Positions 61,430 to 64,000 of a stretch of DNA of 64,000 bases are shown here, in pieces. The notes under the pieces are model-generated. The model did no database searches and was not told where the DNA came from. It saw nothing but the letters and a program-made list of their open reading frames with translations. Source of the DNA: Pavona decussata. Its lineage: Eukaryota. The stretch spans positions 3,472,001 through 3,536,000 of the forward strand of contig CDRNST010000122.1 of NCBI GenBank assembly GCA_977016875.1. The letters run 5' to 3'. Made by a program: the position numbers and the translations under genes. Position 1 is the stretch's first letter; each line of letters starts with the position of its first letter.

Positions 61430-63329
61430 GGGCCTACTAAAGTATCTCGTTGCTAAGCTACACGGTTGGTACCCAAGTGCAATTTCACTTCCGGTGAGCC
61501 AAAATTTTTTCGCGCGCTTTTTTCGGCGCCGGCCCGCCTTCGCCGATTCAAGTCGCCGGTACCCCTTTTTTACTTCGTTGCAACAAAGGCAAGAAAACTT
61601 TTCGTTTACATTTTTATTGATTAATTTTTTTTGCTTTACGGTTACAACATGTGAGTCGTGCCTTTATTTTTGAAACTTGAGTGTTTTGCTTGAAAATGTC
61701 ATCCACGTACGGACGTAAACGGAAAGCCGCGGCGATGGCTGCATGTCGATGGGGAAATCTCGAAAAGGTGACAGTACAAGATTTCCAGTGTCAGGTTGGG
61801 AATCGAAATCTCAAAGATGCGGAGACACAAACTGAAATTAGTATTGCGCTATCATCACCTGCAAACTTCAAAGAAAACTCTGTCTCCGCGGCCTTTTTGA
61901 CCGCTCCGAAACTCCCTGACGTCTTTTGCGAAAAAACTGTGCGACCCTGTGAACCTGTGTCCGTGAACTGCCCTTCCGAACCTGAGAAACTCCATTGTTT
62001 AGATATAACACAAATAAACGCAGCTATCGAGGCCACTAAATTGCAACCACTCTCCCAAGACAGCATGGAGCAGCAGACAGTGAGCAAGGAGGCTTGTAAA
62101 TTATCCTTGAAAGCAGCTCTAGCTCAAGAATTTCATTCTTACATCAAGAATGCTAACCACTCGATAGAAAACCTGACTGATAATGCTGAGCTCGAAAATT
62201 GTGATGGACAACTTCTCCTTACAACATCAACCTCGCTTGAGAACCTAGTTTACAGTAATTTAAGTAATCTACAACACTGTGACTGTGAAAAGGAAACTGA
62301 ATTCGAATTTTGTTTGGTAAAACAAAACACAGTTGAAGAGTTCGAGTTCGAGTGTGGTCGATGTGGGAAAAAAGTCAACTTGAAGAGTAGCATTCCTGTC
62401 GTTAAAGCCACAACTCGTCCAAGATCTGCAATACGTCATCTCGTTGCTCTTTCATTCCTTGTCAATGGGCAATATTTCAAAGATTACCACAAAATTCTCG
62501 GGACTCTCGGTCTCAGCGGTCTGGATCATGTCAGTTCCACTCAGTGGATCCATATTATTGAATGGATGGCACCGTTCGTAAAAAGGATCGCCGACTGGAA
62601 GGTGCAAGAAGCAAGAACTGAAGCAGTTCGACGTGGAGATAAGTCATCATTGCACATCCAGTTCGACGGCTTTTATCTGACTCGCGGCCACTATTCGAAT
62701 AACAGCTCAGCTACCGTCCACGATGCGAAGACTGGGAAAATTATTGCATACTCACACCAAACAAAGCGCAGCCAAGGTGCTAACTGGGAAGGGATAAGCG
62801 GTGGAGCAGCCTGGCCAATAATGCTTAGGCACCAGGCTGCTGAAAATTCGCTCACCACTTCCGGTGCCGCGTAAAAAGAACTTTTCCCCTCGACAGATAA
62901 TTGTAGTTGCTGGATTTTAAAACAATTCCAAAGAACATCATATTTTCTCGGAATTCAAGCATGGCTTTTGCGACAAAATGAAAAACAAAAAAAATATGCG
63001 CAAAAGAGTGGTCAAAGAAGCACAATTTCCATTCTCATTTTTTTAATTTTCATTATAAACCAAAACGCCTGCTTAAATTTCTTCAAAACGGCTTTTGAAT
63101 TGTTATTGTACAGAAAATGCGGAAAAAAGGTTTAAGCCATTTAGTTAAAATGCATTTTTCTGTTTCTGGTCACGTGACTTTGGGCGTGGTGCGATGACGT
63201 CATGAAATGGATCATATTTGCCCCCTATGGTTATTGCCCAAATTTGGTCCAATTGAAACATACACGTGCAGAGTTATAGCAAATTGATTTTTCCCTAGCA
63301 ACGGCATCAAAAGATACTTTAATGGGCCC
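61430..63329 (+). mobile_element. TTAA-flanked DNA transposon (Kolobok-like), 1.9 kb, probably internally deleted
   Basis: TTAA|GGGCCTACTAAAGTATCT ... AGATACTTTAATGGGCCC|TTAA; encloses a transposase-like ORF. Confidence 0.8.
61696..62874 (+). CDS. Truncated DDE transposase (Kolobok/Mutator-like)
   Basis: CxC...CxxC followed by IQFDGFYLTRGHYSNNSSATVHDAKTGKIIAY (DGxxxxRGHxS-type first catalytic Asp region); the ORF ends soon after, with no later catalytic residues visible. Confidence 0.7.
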   Translation: MSSTYGRKRKAAAMAACRWGNLEKVTVQDFQCQVGNRNLKDAETQTEISIALSSPANFKENSVSAAFLTAPKLPDVFCEKTVRPCEPVSVNCPSEPEKLHCLDITQINAAIEATKLQPLSQDSMEQQTVSKEACKLSLKAALAQEFHSYIKNANHSIENLTDNAELENCDGQLLLTTSTSLENLVYSNLSNLQHCDCEKETEFEFCLVKQNTVEEFEFECGRCGKKVNLKSSIPVVKATTRPRSAIRHLVALSFLVNGQYFKDYHKILGTLGLSGLDHVSSTQWIHIIEWMAPFVKRIADWKVQEARTEAVRRGDKSSLHIQFDGFYLTRGHYSNNSSATVHDAKTGKIIAYSHQTKRSQGANWEGISGGAAWPIMLRHQAAENSLTTSGAA

Positions 63330-64000
63330 TTAAGTAATATATATTTTTTTATATTGATTCATATACTGTATTTATATTTGTTAGTTTTTCTTTTGTAATT
63401 TTTATTATTAAATTTGTTCCACGTTCACATATAGTCCATTTAACTCTTAGGTGCAACGTGGTTATTAAATAAAAGTAGTTTGTATTGCCTTGCATCGCGT
63501 TGCATTGTATTGCATTGCATTGCTCTCTCTCGCTCCAGGGGACAAGAAGAGGCAAGACCCTTGGAACGAGGTTACCTTCTTACAAGTTGAAGTTTAAACT
63601 TAAAAAAATGTTACACTAGGTCCCATGAAAAATTTCGGAGCTCCTTTCTGATCACAGAGAAGCGTCACTAGGTAATTGTACATTAAATAGCACTGTCTTT
63701 TCTCTACAAGGATTGCTGAATACCAAAAACCCTTTGGGTTTCGTCAGCAACACTAGTTCTGTATATTGACGAAGAATCTCTACGAACTGCGTTTATAGTG
63801 CTGTCTAGAAGATTCCCGCTGTGAGTTGCGTGAGAGTGCCCCGGAAAAAGAAGCCTGAGTTTCCGGTTTTTCGGGAGGGAGGGGGGAGGGAGTGGGAGAG
63901 ATTTCCTTTTCTCCTCTTCCCCCCTCCCCTTAGGAATTCCTGTTACTCAGGTTACCGAAAAAGTAACAGCTGACTCAGGGAAGCAATGTTTTCTAGAATT

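Overview
Eukaryotic (animal) genomic DNA, AT-rich and intron-containing. The repeat types and gene content suggest an anthozoan or stony coral (inference only). One large minus-strand gene dominates the window. I reconstructed 32 'constant' exons by hand (1745-30556), all with GT-AG boundaries in compatible phases. They encode about 6 TSP1 repeats, an EGF, a Sushi/CCP domain, about 26 cadherin (EC) repeats, 4-5 EGF, a transmembrane helix and a tail with multiple NPxY motifs. The constant region has no start codon or signal peptide. Upstream (36.8-59.4 kb) lie five same-strand paralogous cassettes, each encoding ATG + signal peptide + W-polyArg + two TSP1 repeats. Each ends in a phase-2 splice donor (GT|GTAAGT or GT|GTGAGT) that joins in frame to the first constant exon (...CNTG-V|CCPVNC...). 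This resembles the variable-first-exon / shared-constant-region design of vertebrate clustered protocadherins, but built from TSP1 cassettes on a giant non-classical cadherin (about 3,930 aa). Three cassettes are intact, one has a frameshift and one a nonsense codon. The rest of the window is TE debris: duplicated BEL/Pao remnants, an R4/Dong-like LINE, LINE 3' ends, a SINE, a TTAA-flanked Kolobok-like element and MITEs. It also contains a tandem segmental duplication that created one cassette, microsatellites and a 298-N gap. Exon structure and splicing are inferred from sequence alone; there is no transcript evidence.
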